A DNA stretch of 64,000 nt from a virus (taxonomy: Duplodnaviria > Caudoviricetes): IMG/VR virus record IMGVR_UViG_3300042914_002678; one strand, written 5' to 3'. Position 1 is the stretch's first letter, and every line of letters begins with the position of its first letter. Shown here one piece after another: positions 1-11,400 of the stretch. Made by a program: the position numbers and the translations under genes. The notes under the pieces were generated by a model that made no database searches, had not been told where the DNA came from, and saw only the letters and a program-made list of their open reading frames with translations.

Positions 1-2
1 CA

Positions 3-3000
3 AGAACTACAACAATTCCATCTTCTGGATCCCCTGGAATACACACAATTGGTCAATATGAAGATTCTTATGATGCTGCTTACTTTATAGTTCAAGTAGC
101 AGACACAACAAATAATAACTATCAGATGTCTGAAGTGATTGTAGTTGATGATTATATTGCTTCGCTAGGAACTGGTGAAACATATGATACAGAGTTTGGC
201 GTCATTGAAACTTCTTCTGGATTAGGAACTATAGGTACAAGAGTTTCTGCTGCGGGAACTGTTGAACTCATATTTACGCCAAACCCAAGCATTGATACTC
301 AAGTCAAAGTGTATATGAACGCACTTAGACACGAAGATCAAAGTAGAGATGGAATTGATTTCAACAATGGAACGATTGAAACATTCTTCAGCGATTATAC
401 TGGAACAGATAGAGACATCAAGAGATCTTTTGAATTAAAGCATAAGAATTTCCAAATATTTGAAAGATATTTTGTAGGTAGTGCATCAAGTGTCGTAAAT
501 GTCTCTGAAAACACTATCGTAATACCAAATCACTTCTTCGTAAGTGGTGAAAATGTTGTTTATTATTGTGCTGGAGCAGGAACAACTCAGGCAATTGGAA
601 TTGGAACAACAACACTATCTGGAGTTGGTTCTACTGACAGACTAACACCAGGAATTACAACTAGTTTGTATGTTGTTAAAGTAGACAATAACAAAATTAA
701 ACTTGCTACAAGTGCCGAAAAAGCACTCAAAATTGTTCCTGAGACTTTAGATATTACTAGCGTTGGAATTGGAACGTCTCATAGATTTGTATCCACTAAC
801 CAAAATCCAAAAGTAATAATCTCTCTAGACAATATTATTCAATCTCCAGTAACAAATACTGATATTACTACAACATTGGCACAGTCTGTTTCTCCAATAG
901 ATGATGTTATCAAATTTAGTGGAATTACATCATTCTTTGGGTCTGATTTAATCAAGATTAATAACGAAATCTTAAAGATTGAATCGATTGGTATTGGTAG
1001 CACAAATACAATCAGAGTTCGTAGAAACTGGTTAGGAACACCTTTAGTTGGACACTCAACTGGAGATACTGTAACCAAGGTTGTTGGAAACTATAACATT
1101 GTAGATAATACCTTGACATTTAGTGAGGCTCCTTATGGAAATACTCCATTAGCAGCAAGTACAAATCCTCCAGATGAGAGGGACTGGATTGGTATATCAA
1201 CATCTTCATATTTTGCGGGTAGAACTTTCCTCCGTTCTGGAGTAAAAAATACTGTCGATGAAACTTACACACAAAACTATATTTTTGATGATATATCATC
1301 AGGTTTTGATGGAACAAATAGAACATTTACTCTCACGTCAAATGGTTCAAATGTAACAGGAATAACAACTAATACGGTAATTCTTATTAACGATGTTTTC
1401 CAGGGAAGAGGTGCTATTTTTGATTACTCCATAATAGAAAATGCTGGCATTTCATCAATAACTTTCGTCGGTTCAGCAGTTTCTGTTACATCGGATATAA
1501 ACACCTCAAATGTACCTATTGGTGGAATAATTGTTTCTGTAGGATCAACAGAAGGATTTGGATATCAACCTCTTGTTTCTGCAGGGGGAACTGCTGTAGT
1601 ATCCGCTTCAGGAACAATTCAATCAATTAGTATTGGAAATAGCGGATCTGGTTACAGAGCAGATACCTCTTATGAGATACTTACTGACGTTTCTTCACCA
1701 ATTGGATCGGGATCTACACAAATTTACATAAACAATAAGAATAGTGTATTTGCATTACTAAATCTTCTAAACAGTGGCAGTAACTGTACGATAGGGATTG
1801 GAACTTTTAATATTCCTACTACTATCGTTTCGGTTGCCTCCACATACGTCAATATTGGCATAGGAAGTACTGGTTCTTATGCAATACCTTCTGGAACCCA
1901 AGTTAGTGTTAAAATTTTAAATCCACAAATTGGGGTAGTTAATGTCAGTGTTGGTGAAAGTTCTGTTGGGGTTGGAACAATCACCCATATTGGATTTGCA
2001 ACGGTGATTGCTGGTAGTATTTCAACCTCCGTAACAATAACAAACCCAGGATCTGGTTATACATCAACAAATCAACCATTTGTATTAGTGGATGATCCAG
2101 ATTCATATTCAAACATGCCATTAATTTACAGTTCAACTTCATCTGGAGTTGGTACTGGTGCAAAAATTGACATTGTTGTTGGACAAGGTTCAAGTGTAAT
2201 TGATTTTGAAATCACCAATACTGGATATGCATTCGAAAATGGAGATGTTTTAACAGTTCCTTTTGGAGGATTGACTGGAATTCCAACAACTTCTGGATTT
2301 AATGAGTTCCAAGTAACTGTTCAAAGAGTCTTTACTGACGAATTTACTGGATGGACTTTAGGAGAACTAGAAATATTTGATAATTTTGACGAATTATTCG
2401 ATGGTGAAACAACTGCATTCCAGTTGACAAAAGATGGAATAGTCAAGTCTATTGTTGCAGGTAAAGGTTCTAATATTGATGTTCAGGATGTAATCCTCGT
2501 TTTCATCAATGATATTCTTCAGGTTCCAGGAAAAGGATATGTATTTACTGGTGGAAGTATCATTACATTTACAGAAGCACCAAAAGTTGGTGATACTTCA
2601 AAAATTCTATTCTATAAGGGAACGGGAAGTATTGATGTAACTTCAAGAGAAGTTATTGAAACGGTAAAACCAGGTGATGAATTAACTATAGGGTATGATC
2701 CTTCGATAGGACAGCAACCATATCTTCAAGAAGACCCAAGAACGGTAACTTCAGTAACATCAACTGATTCTGTTGATACAATACCATATTTTGGTCCAGG
2801 AAATACTGAAGATGAGACATTGCTAAGACCTGTCATTTGGTGCAGACAAACTGAAGATAAGATTATCAACGGAAAAGAAGTTGGTAAAGATAGAGAACTC
2901 TATGAACCAAATATCAATCCAGTTGCATACATCACAAAATCTGTTGGTATTGGGTCTACGACAATTTATGTTGATAATGTAAGACCATTCTTTAATGCAC

Positions 3001-3905
3001 AAAATGAAAGTGCAGTTTCAATTACATTCCAAAATAATGTAAGATTGATATCTCAAGATTCTAGAGTTGGTGCATCAGCGACTGCAATTGTATCTTCTGC
3101 AGGAACAATAACTTCTATTGTAATTAATGATGGTGGAAGTGGATACACTTCGAATCCTACCGTAAGCATTGGAAATACTCTTCAGTCTATTGGAATTGGA
3201 ACAACCGCAATTGCAACATCTTCAATAACCGCAGGTATTGTAACTACTATTATATTAACTAATGCAGGAACTGGATATACACAAACTAATCCACCACAAG
3301 TATTAATATCTCCACCAACATTAATTATGGAAACAAATAGTGTTTCATCTTATTCTGGAGATTCTGGAATAATTGTTGGATTTGGAACAACCACTCAAGC
3401 ATCTTTGGATAAATTTATTTTTGATTTGATTATTCCCCAAGATTCATTCTTCAGAAATGTGTCGTATGTTGGAACTGCAATTACACTAAGCGAAATTGGC
3501 GTCAATGATTATTTTGTAGTGAATAATTCAAACATTGGAGTTGCTTCTACAGCAATAACATCAAAAGATATTGGTGGAAATACTATTGGAATAGGAACTA
3601 GATTTGTTGATAATGTTTATCAAGTAGATTCTGTCAATACAGTACAATCTTCTGTGATAGGAATTGGACTAACTTATGTTAGAAGAGTTTCCGTAAGAAT
3701 AGTTGGCGCAGGAATCACTAATTATGGAATTGTTACATCTTCAAATTATTTTGGAGAGTTTAGTTGGGGTAAAATTTCCCTGGAAAGTAGATCTGAGTCA
3801 AATATTTTCAATTTCTATGGTGATTCAGGAATTTCTGGTATTTCTACATCAGCTATCGTACAAAGAACAAAACCACTTAAATACACAAATTACTTGGAAA
3901 TTTGA
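3..3905 (+). CDS. Large virion structural protein (VrlC-like, baseplate-wedge region), 5'-truncated by the window edge
   Basis: The frame of ORF 126..3905 is open back to position 3, so the gene starts upstream of the window. G/S/T/I/V-rich, with repeated NxGSGY modules and FDGxxxxF motifs. Lies directly upstream of gp8, as in T4-like cyanophages. Confidence 0.75.
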   Translation, partial: RTTTIPSSGSPGIHTIGQYEDSYDAAYFIVQVADTTNNNYQMSEVIVVDDYIASLGTGETYDTEFGVIETSSGLGTIGTRVSAAGTVELIFTPNPSIDTQVKVYMNALRHEDQSRDGIDFNNGTIETFFSDYTGTDRDIKRSFELKHKNFQIFERYFVGSASSVVNVSENTIVIPNHFFVSGENVVYYCAGAGTTQAIGIGTTTLSGVGSTDRLTPGITTSLYVVKVDNNKIKLATSAEKALKIVPETLDITSVGIGTSHRFVSTNQNPKVIISLDNIIQSPVTNTDITTTLAQSVSPIDDVIKFSGITSFFGSDLIKINNEILKIESIGIGSTNTIRVRRNWLGTPLVGHSTGDTVTKVVGNYNIVDNTLTFSEAPYGNTPLAASTNPPDERDWIGISTSSYFAGRTFLRSGVKNTVDETYTQNYIFDDISSGFDGTNRTFTLTSNGSNVTGITTNTVILINDVFQGRGAIFDYSIIENAGISSITFVGSAVSVTSDINTSNVPIGGIIVSVGSTEGFGYQPLVSAGGTAVVSASGTIQSISIGNSGSGYRADTSYEILTDVSSPIGSGSTQIYINNKNSVFALLNLLNSGSNCTIGIGTFNIPTTIVSVASTYVNIGIGSTGSYAIPSGTQVSVKILNPQIGVVNVSVGESSVGVGTITHIGFATVIAGSISTSVTITNPGSGYTSTNQPFVLVDDPDSYSNMPLIYSSTSSGVGTGAKIDIVVGQGSSVIDFEITNTGYAFENGDVLTVPFGGLTGIPTTSGFNEFQVTVQRVFTDEFTGWTLGELEIFDNFDELFDGETTAFQLTKDGIVKSIVAGKGSNIDVQDVILVFINDILQVPGKGYVFTGGSIITFTEAPKVGDTSKILFYKGTGSIDVTSREVIETVKPGDELTIGYDPSIGQQPYLQEDPRTVTSVTSTDSVDTIPYFGPGNTEDETLLRPVIWCRQTEDKIINGKEVGKDRELYEPNINPVAYITKSVGIGSTTIYVDNVRPFFNAQNESAVSITFQNNVRLISQDSRVGASATAIVSSAGTITSIVINDGGSGYTSNPTVSIGNTLQSIGIGTTAIATSSITAGIVTTIILTNAGTGYTQTNPPQVLISPPTLIMETNSVSSYSGDSGIIVGFGTTTQASLDKFIFDLIIPQDSFFRNVSYVGTAITLSEIGVNDYFVVNNSNIGVASTAITSKDIGGNTIGIGTRFVDNVYQVDSVNTVQSSVIGIGLTYVRRVSVRIVGAGITNYGIVTSSNYFGEFSWGKISLESRSESNIFNFYGDSGISGISTSAIVQRTKPLKYTNYLEI

Positions 3906-3908
3906 ATA

Positions 3909-3915
3909 ATAAATA
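3909..3915 (+). promoter_or_regulatory. T4-type late promoter (ATAAATA)
   Basis: ATAAATA in the short gap before gp8; matches the gp55-dependent TATAAATA core. Confidence 0.7.
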
Positions 3916-3933
3916 GATAAAAAACTCCGTCAA

Positions 3934-5478
3934 ATGGCTGCAATTATAACTGACCAAATTAGAATATTAAATGCGAAAAACTTTGTCTCGGATGTTGGTG
4001 TCAATACTTATTATTCTTTTATAGGACTTCCTAATCCTACAGATTATCAATCCAACTGGGATTCGAATCCACCAGCACCAAAAGACAATTTTGACCAAGA
4101 GAATGATTATTGGGATACAATGATTGCTTTGAAGAAAATTAATTCTTCAGACGTAAGACAAGTTGTTCAGAAAAGAATTTGGAGTTCTGGCACAACATAC
4201 GATTATTATAGACACGATTATAGTAGAACAAATACTGCGAAAATTTCTGGAGCAACCAATTTATATTCATCAAATTACTTTGTAATTAACGACGATTACC
4301 AGGTTTATATTTGTTTGCAGAATGGAACTGATCCAGACAACCCAAATGGGAGACCATCACTTGACCAACCAAACTTTACAGACTTAGAACCAAGAGCTGC
4401 TGGAACTAGTGGTGATGGATATGTTTGGAAGTATCTTTATACGATCAAACCAAGTGAGGTAGTTAAATTTGAAACTGCAGACTTTATTCCAGTTCCTTCA
4501 GATTGGTTAACGGGGACAAATAATGCTGCAGTTAGAGATAATGCAGTCGATGGATCAATTAAAATTGTAGTCGTTACTGATAGAGGAGTTGGTCTTGGAA
4601 CTGCAAACGTAACTTATACACGAGTACCAATTAAGGGTGATGGTATTGGTGCAGAATGCACTATTACAATCAATAATGATTCAAAAGTTGATTCAGTTAC
4701 AATATCAAGTCAAGGTTCTGGATATACTTATGCTAATGTCGATTTAGTGGCAGGTGGAGTTCCAACAGGAACAACAATACCAAAATTTGATGTTATCATT
4801 CCACCTAAAGGAGGACATGGCGCAGATATTTACAGAGAACTTGGTGCGTATAATGTTCTTCTATATTCCAGAATAGAAAATGACAACGAAAATCCTGATT
4901 TTATAACAGGAAATCAAATAGCAAGAGTTGGAATAGTTCAGAATCCGGAACAATCTGCAGGTACAACATTATCTGCCGACAAAGTTAGTGCCGTATATGC
5001 ACTTAGATTAACTGGCGCAGGTTATAGTTCTGCAACATTTACTGCAGATTCATACGTAACACAAACTATTGCAACTGGAACAACGGCTGTCGGTAGAGTT
5101 GTAAACTATGACCAAACAACAGGAGTCCTAAAGTATTGGCAAGATAGAAGTCTTGCAGGATTTAATACAGTAGGTACAGCACAAACTTTACCAAAATATG
5201 GATTTGAACTTAAAGAGTTTACATCATCTCCAGGAATTGGTGGAAATATAACAATCATTCCATCATCTGGTTCAAACTTGGCAATAGATACATCATTTAC
5301 TGGTATCAGTACTGTAATAAATAATAGAACATACTATCTTGGTCAAACTTTTGTTAGTGGTGTTGCTGGTCCAGAAGTAAGAAAACATTCTGGAAATGTT
5401 ATTTACGTCGATAACAGACCATCAATAACAAGATCATCCAATCAAAAAGAAGATATTAAAGTCATTTTGCAGTTCTAA
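3934..5478 (+). CDS. gp8: Baseplate wedge subunit gp8
   Basis: MAAIITDQIRILNA N-terminus, YxVYICLxNG and DGYVWKYLYTI motifs, and a C-terminal YVDNRPSITRSSNQKEDIKVILQF typical of cyanophage gp8. Confidence 0.9.
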   Translation: MAAIITDQIRILNAKNFVSDVGVNTYYSFIGLPNPTDYQSNWDSNPPAPKDNFDQENDYWDTMIALKKINSSDVRQVVQKRIWSSGTTYDYYRHDYSRTNTAKISGATNLYSSNYFVINDDYQVYICLQNGTDPDNPNGRPSLDQPNFTDLEPRAAGTSGDGYVWKYLYTIKPSEVVKFETADFIPVPSDWLTGTNNAAVRDNAVDGSIKIVVVTDRGVGLGTANVTYTRVPIKGDGIGAECTITINNDSKVDSVTISSQGSGYTYANVDLVAGGVPTGTTIPKFDVIIPPKGGHGADIYRELGAYNVLLYSRIENDNENPDFITGNQIARVGIVQNPEQSAGTTLSADKVSAVYALRLTGAGYSSATFTADSYVTQTIATGTTAVGRVVNYDQTTGVLKYWQDRSLAGFNTVGTAQTLPKYGFELKEFTSSPGIGGNITIIPSSGSNLAIDTSFTGISTVINNRTYYLGQTFVSGVAGPEVRKHSGNVIYVDNRPSITRSSNQKEDIKVILQF

Positions 5479-5484
5479 AGAATT

Positions 5485-8400
5485 ATGTCTCAGCAAACGA
5501 ATCTCAACGTAGCTCCCTATTTTGACGATTATGATCCAGCAAGTGATTATCATAAAGTCCTCTTCAAACCAGGATATCCTGTTCAGGCAAGAGAATTAAC
5601 AACCTTACAGTCAATACTGCAAAATCAAATTGAAAGGTTTGGTCGTCATTTATTCAAAGAAGGTGCCAAGGTAATACCAGGAAATACTTTATATAATTCA
5701 AAATATCCTTGTATTCAATTGAATACAACTTATCAGGGTGTTCCTGTCGCGGCTTATGCGGACCAATTAGTAGGAACAAAGATTACTGGCCAATCTTCGG
5801 GAATTTCTGCTTTTGTTGATAAAATTTTACTACCTCAAGATTCGGAAAGAGGCGTTTTAACGTTATATATCAATTATTTAAATTCTAGCACCACAAATAA
5901 TTCATCAGAAACTTTTTTTGATGGAGAACTTCTTACTTGCAGTGCTACACTAACTTCAGGTTTATTGGGAAATACTTCCATTACATCAGGAAGTCCTTTT
6001 GCAATAACTATAGAAAATAATGCTGCTGCAATTGGATGTGCTTATTCAATTCAAGATGGTGTTTATTTTGTACGTGGAAATTTTGTTAATGTACAAAAAG
6101 AAACTTTAATTCTTGATCAATATTCAAACACTCCAAATTATAGAGTTGGTTTATATGTCCAAGAGGATATTGTAAATGCAAATATTGACGAAACTTTAAA
6201 TGACAATTCTCAAGGATTTAACAACTATTCAGCTCCTGGTGCAGATAGACTTAAAATATCTTTAAGACTATTTAAAAAATCTTTGGATGATAATAATGAC
6301 AATAATTTTGTAGAACTAGCCAGCCTGAGAAATGGAAAAATAAGTTCTGTTTATGAAAGGGGTGATTTAGGGGGAGGTCCTGGATATAATGAAGTTATTG
6401 ATCTTCTTGCTAGTAGAACTTATGCAGAATCTGGAGACTATTTTGTAAAGCCATTTGATATAAATTTAGTAGATTCTTTAAATGATGATGTTGGAAATAG
6501 AGGTTTATTTCAAACAGGACAACTAACTTATAACGGATCTGTCCCATCTGACGATTTAGCAGTTTATCAGATCTCTTCAGGTAGAGCATTTATTCGTGGT
6601 TACGATTGCAACGTTCCAAATCAAACTTTTCTTGATGTAGATAAACCAAGAACAACAAAAACTTTAAAAGACCAATCTATAATTTATAATACAGGACCAA
6701 CATTAAAACTCAATAGAGTATATGGAAGTCCAATTTTAGGAATTGGAAATACTTATGCGTTAAGCTTAAGAGATCAAAGAAGAGCATCTGGAATAGCAAC
6801 TGTAGGAAAGGAAATTGGTGTTGCTAGGGTTTATGATTGTAGATTAGAGTCTGGTTCTTATAGTGCGTCTAATGCAAATACTAACCAGTGGAATATTTCC
6901 TTATATGATGTTCAAACTTTTACAGATCTTACTTTAAATTCTGCAGTAGATTTATCTGTACCAACTTATGTAAAGGGTGCTAATAGTGGTGCAACAGGAT
7001 TCATAAGATATGATGTTTCTTCTGGAGTAGCAGTAACTGTATACAATACTACTGGAGAATTTATTCCAAATGAGTCTTTAATTTTTGATGGAATTGGTAA
7101 TGGAAGAATTGCAATTGCAGTTACAACATATTCCATATCTGATGTAAAATCTGTCCATGGAACTAACGACGGAATTGTGGGTGTTGGATCTACTTTCCTC
7201 GGAGATGTAATTCAATCAATAGGATATAATGTTGGTATTGCTACAATTAGTGCAGCAGGTGGTGGAATTAGCACAGTAAGAAGTTCAAATCAAGATTTTC
7301 CAGGAACTATTGTAAGAAAAAATAATCTAGTACAATATACCAACCCAGCAAGTCCAAATATTAATTATGCTAAAGTAGTTAGTGTTGGTGCTACATCTAT
7401 TGTTATTGAAGCAGTAACTAATGTTACTGGGGTTGTATCAGGTGATCTCCCAACCTCTCAGTTAAATGTTACAGACTTTAAGATTTTGGCAACAAAACTT
7501 GAAAGATCTACCGATAATACTTTATATACAAGATTACCAAAAGTAAATATTGCATCTGTAGATTTAACTAATGCACAATTAACCATTAGGAAGACTTTTA
7601 CAGTTAATATTTCTGGAAATCAACTTTCCTCTCCAGTCAATGCAGGAACAAATGAGACTTTCTTAGGATTTGATGAAGAGAGATATTCTTTAATCAGATC
7701 AGATGGAACAACAGAAGAATTGACGGCAGATAAATTTGCGTTCCTACTTGGAGGTTCCCAATTACAAATTTATAATTTGGGCAGTAATGATACTGGTGCA
7801 ACATTAACAGCAACTCTAAGAAAAATTAAACCTAAAGCAAAGGAAAAAATTAAAAATAGAGTTAATAGCATTACCATCACAAAATCAAAATATTCTGCTT
7901 CTGGAATTGGTTCTACAACATTAAATGATGGTTTATCTTATGGAAACTATCCTTTTGGAACTAGAGTTCAGGATGAGATTTTGTCATTGAATGTTCCCGA
8001 CATCATTGAAATTCACGGAATTTTTGAATCAACTAGTGCTTCGGATAACGCAACTGCTCCAAGAGTAGTTTTATCTTCAATTATAAGCGAATCAACAACA
8101 ACATCTGAACTTATAGTAGGAGAACTTATAAAAGGACAAACAAGTGGTGCCGTTGCCATAGTTGCAGAAAAACTCACAGATTCTCAAATCTCTTTTGTTT
8201 ATAAAAACCAAGGTGGATATAGATTTAAGGAAGGAGAAACCCTGACATTTGCAGAATCAAATGTTACCGCAACTGCTCTCACAATAGATTCTCCAAGTTT
8301 TGATATATCACACAATTATACTTTTAAAACTGGTCAGCAAGACACATATTATGGATATGGTTCTCTGATAAGAAATGAACAATCGCAAGAGCCATCCAAA

Positions 8401-11400
8401 AAGTTAAAAGTATATTTCTCCAATGGATACTTTGATGCAACCGATGATGGAGATATTACAACTGTAGAATCATATAAGCAGTTTAATTATAGTAAAGATA
8501 TTTTATCAGTTGGAAATGTTTCTCCAAAAGACACTATTGATATTAGACCAAGAGTGTCGCAATTTAATGTTCAAGAAAATGCTCGCTCTCCTTTAGAGTT
8601 CTATGGAAGAACATTTAATCCATCTCTTGGATCTGCCAAAAATATTTTGGCATCTGATGAAACAATACTGACAACATTTTCATATTATCAGGGAAGAATT
8701 GATAGAATTTTCTTAACAAGAGAAGGGGTTTTCCAAGTTAAATATGGACAACCTTCTGATAAACCAGAAATGCCGGTTTCTGTTGACGAGGCACTTGAAA
8801 TAGCAACAATAACTTTCCCACCATATCTTTATAGAACAGAGCAAGCATCAATCAAATATCTTGAGCATAAAAGATATAGAATGGTTGATATTAAGCAACT
8901 CGAAACCAGAATCAGAAATTTAGAGTATTATACAACTTTATCTCTACTTGAAACAAATACTGCAAACTTGTTTATTCCAGATGCAGATGGCTTTAATAGA
9001 TTTAAATCTGGATTCCTTGTTGATAATTTCTCATCATTTATTTCTCAAGAAACAAATTATGGAATTAAAAATAGTATAGATTTAACAAATAAAGAACTTA
9101 GACCAGCTCACTATACAAATTCAATAGATTTGATTTTTGGTCCAGTATCAAATACAAGTCCAACTGAGTTCAGTCCTATTGAAGGGGTTAATATAAGAAA
9201 ATCTAATGATGTCATTACTCTCGATTATGCTGAAGTTGAATGGTTGAAGCATTCGTATGGAACTAGACTTGAAAGTGTAACTCCTTTCTTGGTCAATTTC
9301 TGGGAAGGAACATTAGAATTAACCCCAGAATCAGATACTTGGGTTGATACTACAAGATTAGAAGCTAGAATTATTGAAACTGAGGGTAACTATGCTCAAA
9401 CTGTAAATGATTTAGCTAGAACCGACAATTTAGACCCCCAGACAGGTTTTGCTCCTGTTGTTTGGGGTGCTTGGGTTGCAAACTGGACAGGTGCAACTCA
9501 AATTGTAAGAAGTACAACACAAACCAATGAATGGCGTGGTGGAGATGGTTGGGCTGAGCAAATAACTAGACTCAATACATTTGAAGAAACTAGAGAGGCT
9601 GGAAGTGAATCTAGAACTGGAACTCAAATAGTTGTTACTGAACAATTTGATAGAACATCAGTTGGTGATAGAGTCGTAAGTAGAGAGCTCATACCATTTA
9701 TGAGATCCAGAAATATTGAATTCTTTGCTAGAAAAGTAAAACCATTAACCAGAGTCTATCCATTCTTTAATGGTGTGGATATGTCAAGGTTCTGTGTACC
9801 AAAACTTCTAGAAGTTTCTATGGTATCTGGAACTTTCCAAGTTGGAGAAACAGTATCGGGAACAGTCATTACAACAGGATTAAATCCACAATTATTCGAT
9901 AGAGTTCCAAGAATATCATTTAGACTTGCACAAGCAAATCATAGGGAAGGACCATATGATTCTCCAACAAGAATTTATAGATTAAATCCATATGACAGTG
10001 CTAATCAACCTTTACCTTCAACATATTCTTCTACTTCAACAATTCTAAATGTTGATACATATTCTCTAGCTGCTCAAGTTTTAGGACAATTTAGTGGATA
10101 TATTGATATTGGTATGTCTTTAGTGGGTCAAACCAGTGGTGCCAGAGCAACAATTACCAATAACAGATTAATATCAGACTTATCTGCAGTTGTTGCTGGA
10201 AGTCTTTTTGTTCCAAATCCAAACTGTGTAAATCATCCAAGATTTGCTGTTGGAGATATTCCTTTCAGACTTATTAGCGATTCAAATAATAATGTAGATC
10301 TTTCAACTACTATAGCAGAAAGAAATTTCTCTGCTTCTGGAACTCACGAAACCGTACAAGAAAACATCATTTCTGTAAGAAATGCAAATGTTCAAGTTCA
10401 AACAGCAAGACAGGATAGAGGAATTACAAGATCTCTTGGCACAAGGCTTGCATCAAGTGAAATTATTAGCAGAAACTTCTGGACTTGGGCTGTTGGTGGT
10501 GGAGGAGGTGATCCACTAGCACAAACATTCTTTATAAATGAAACCACAGGAATTTTTGTCACCAAATGCGATTTCTTCTTTGGAACTAAAGATGACATGG
10601 ATATTCCACTCATGTTCTCTATAAGACCAGTTGTAAATGGATTCCCAACTCAAGAGATGCTTCCATTCTCTGTGATTGTTGTTGATCCAGATCAAATTAA
10701 TACATCTAGTGATGGATCAGTAGCAACTACAATCGAATTTGATGCACCTGTTTATCTTGAAAGTGGAAGAGAATATGCTTTAATCCTTGATTCACAATCC
10801 ACAAAGTACAATGTTTTCATCTCAAGAGTTGGGGAAAATGATTTAATAACTGATGAATTTGTTGCACAACAACCATATCTTGGATCTCTCTTAAAATCGC
10901 AAAATGGGTCAACATGGGAACCAAGTCAGTGGGATGATCTCAAATTTACTTTGTATAGAGCAGATTTTGTTGAGTCTGGATCTGTCGAGTTGTACAATCC
11001 ACAACTTAGAGAAGGAAACGGTCAAATACCAACTCTTCTCCCAGATGCTCTCACTCCAAATTCAAGAAGAATTAGAGTTGGATTAGGAACAACTCTTGCT
11101 GATTCTGGATATGTACTTGGAAATACTTTCTCACAATTAGGAACATATGGCACCGGCAATTTAGTTGGTGTTGCTGGTTCAGCGACTGGTTCTCTAACTG
11201 TTTCCAATGCTGGTATTGGATATACACCTTCAATTTCTGGATATACTTTCCCTGGCGTAAATCTTGTTACTTTGACAGGAAATGGAAGAGGTGCAACAGC
11301 AGAGGTTAGTATTTCTAATGGTGTCGCTATTGCTGCTACTATTACAAATGGTGGATCAGGATATCAAATTGGAGATGTTTTGGGGATTACAACTATAGGT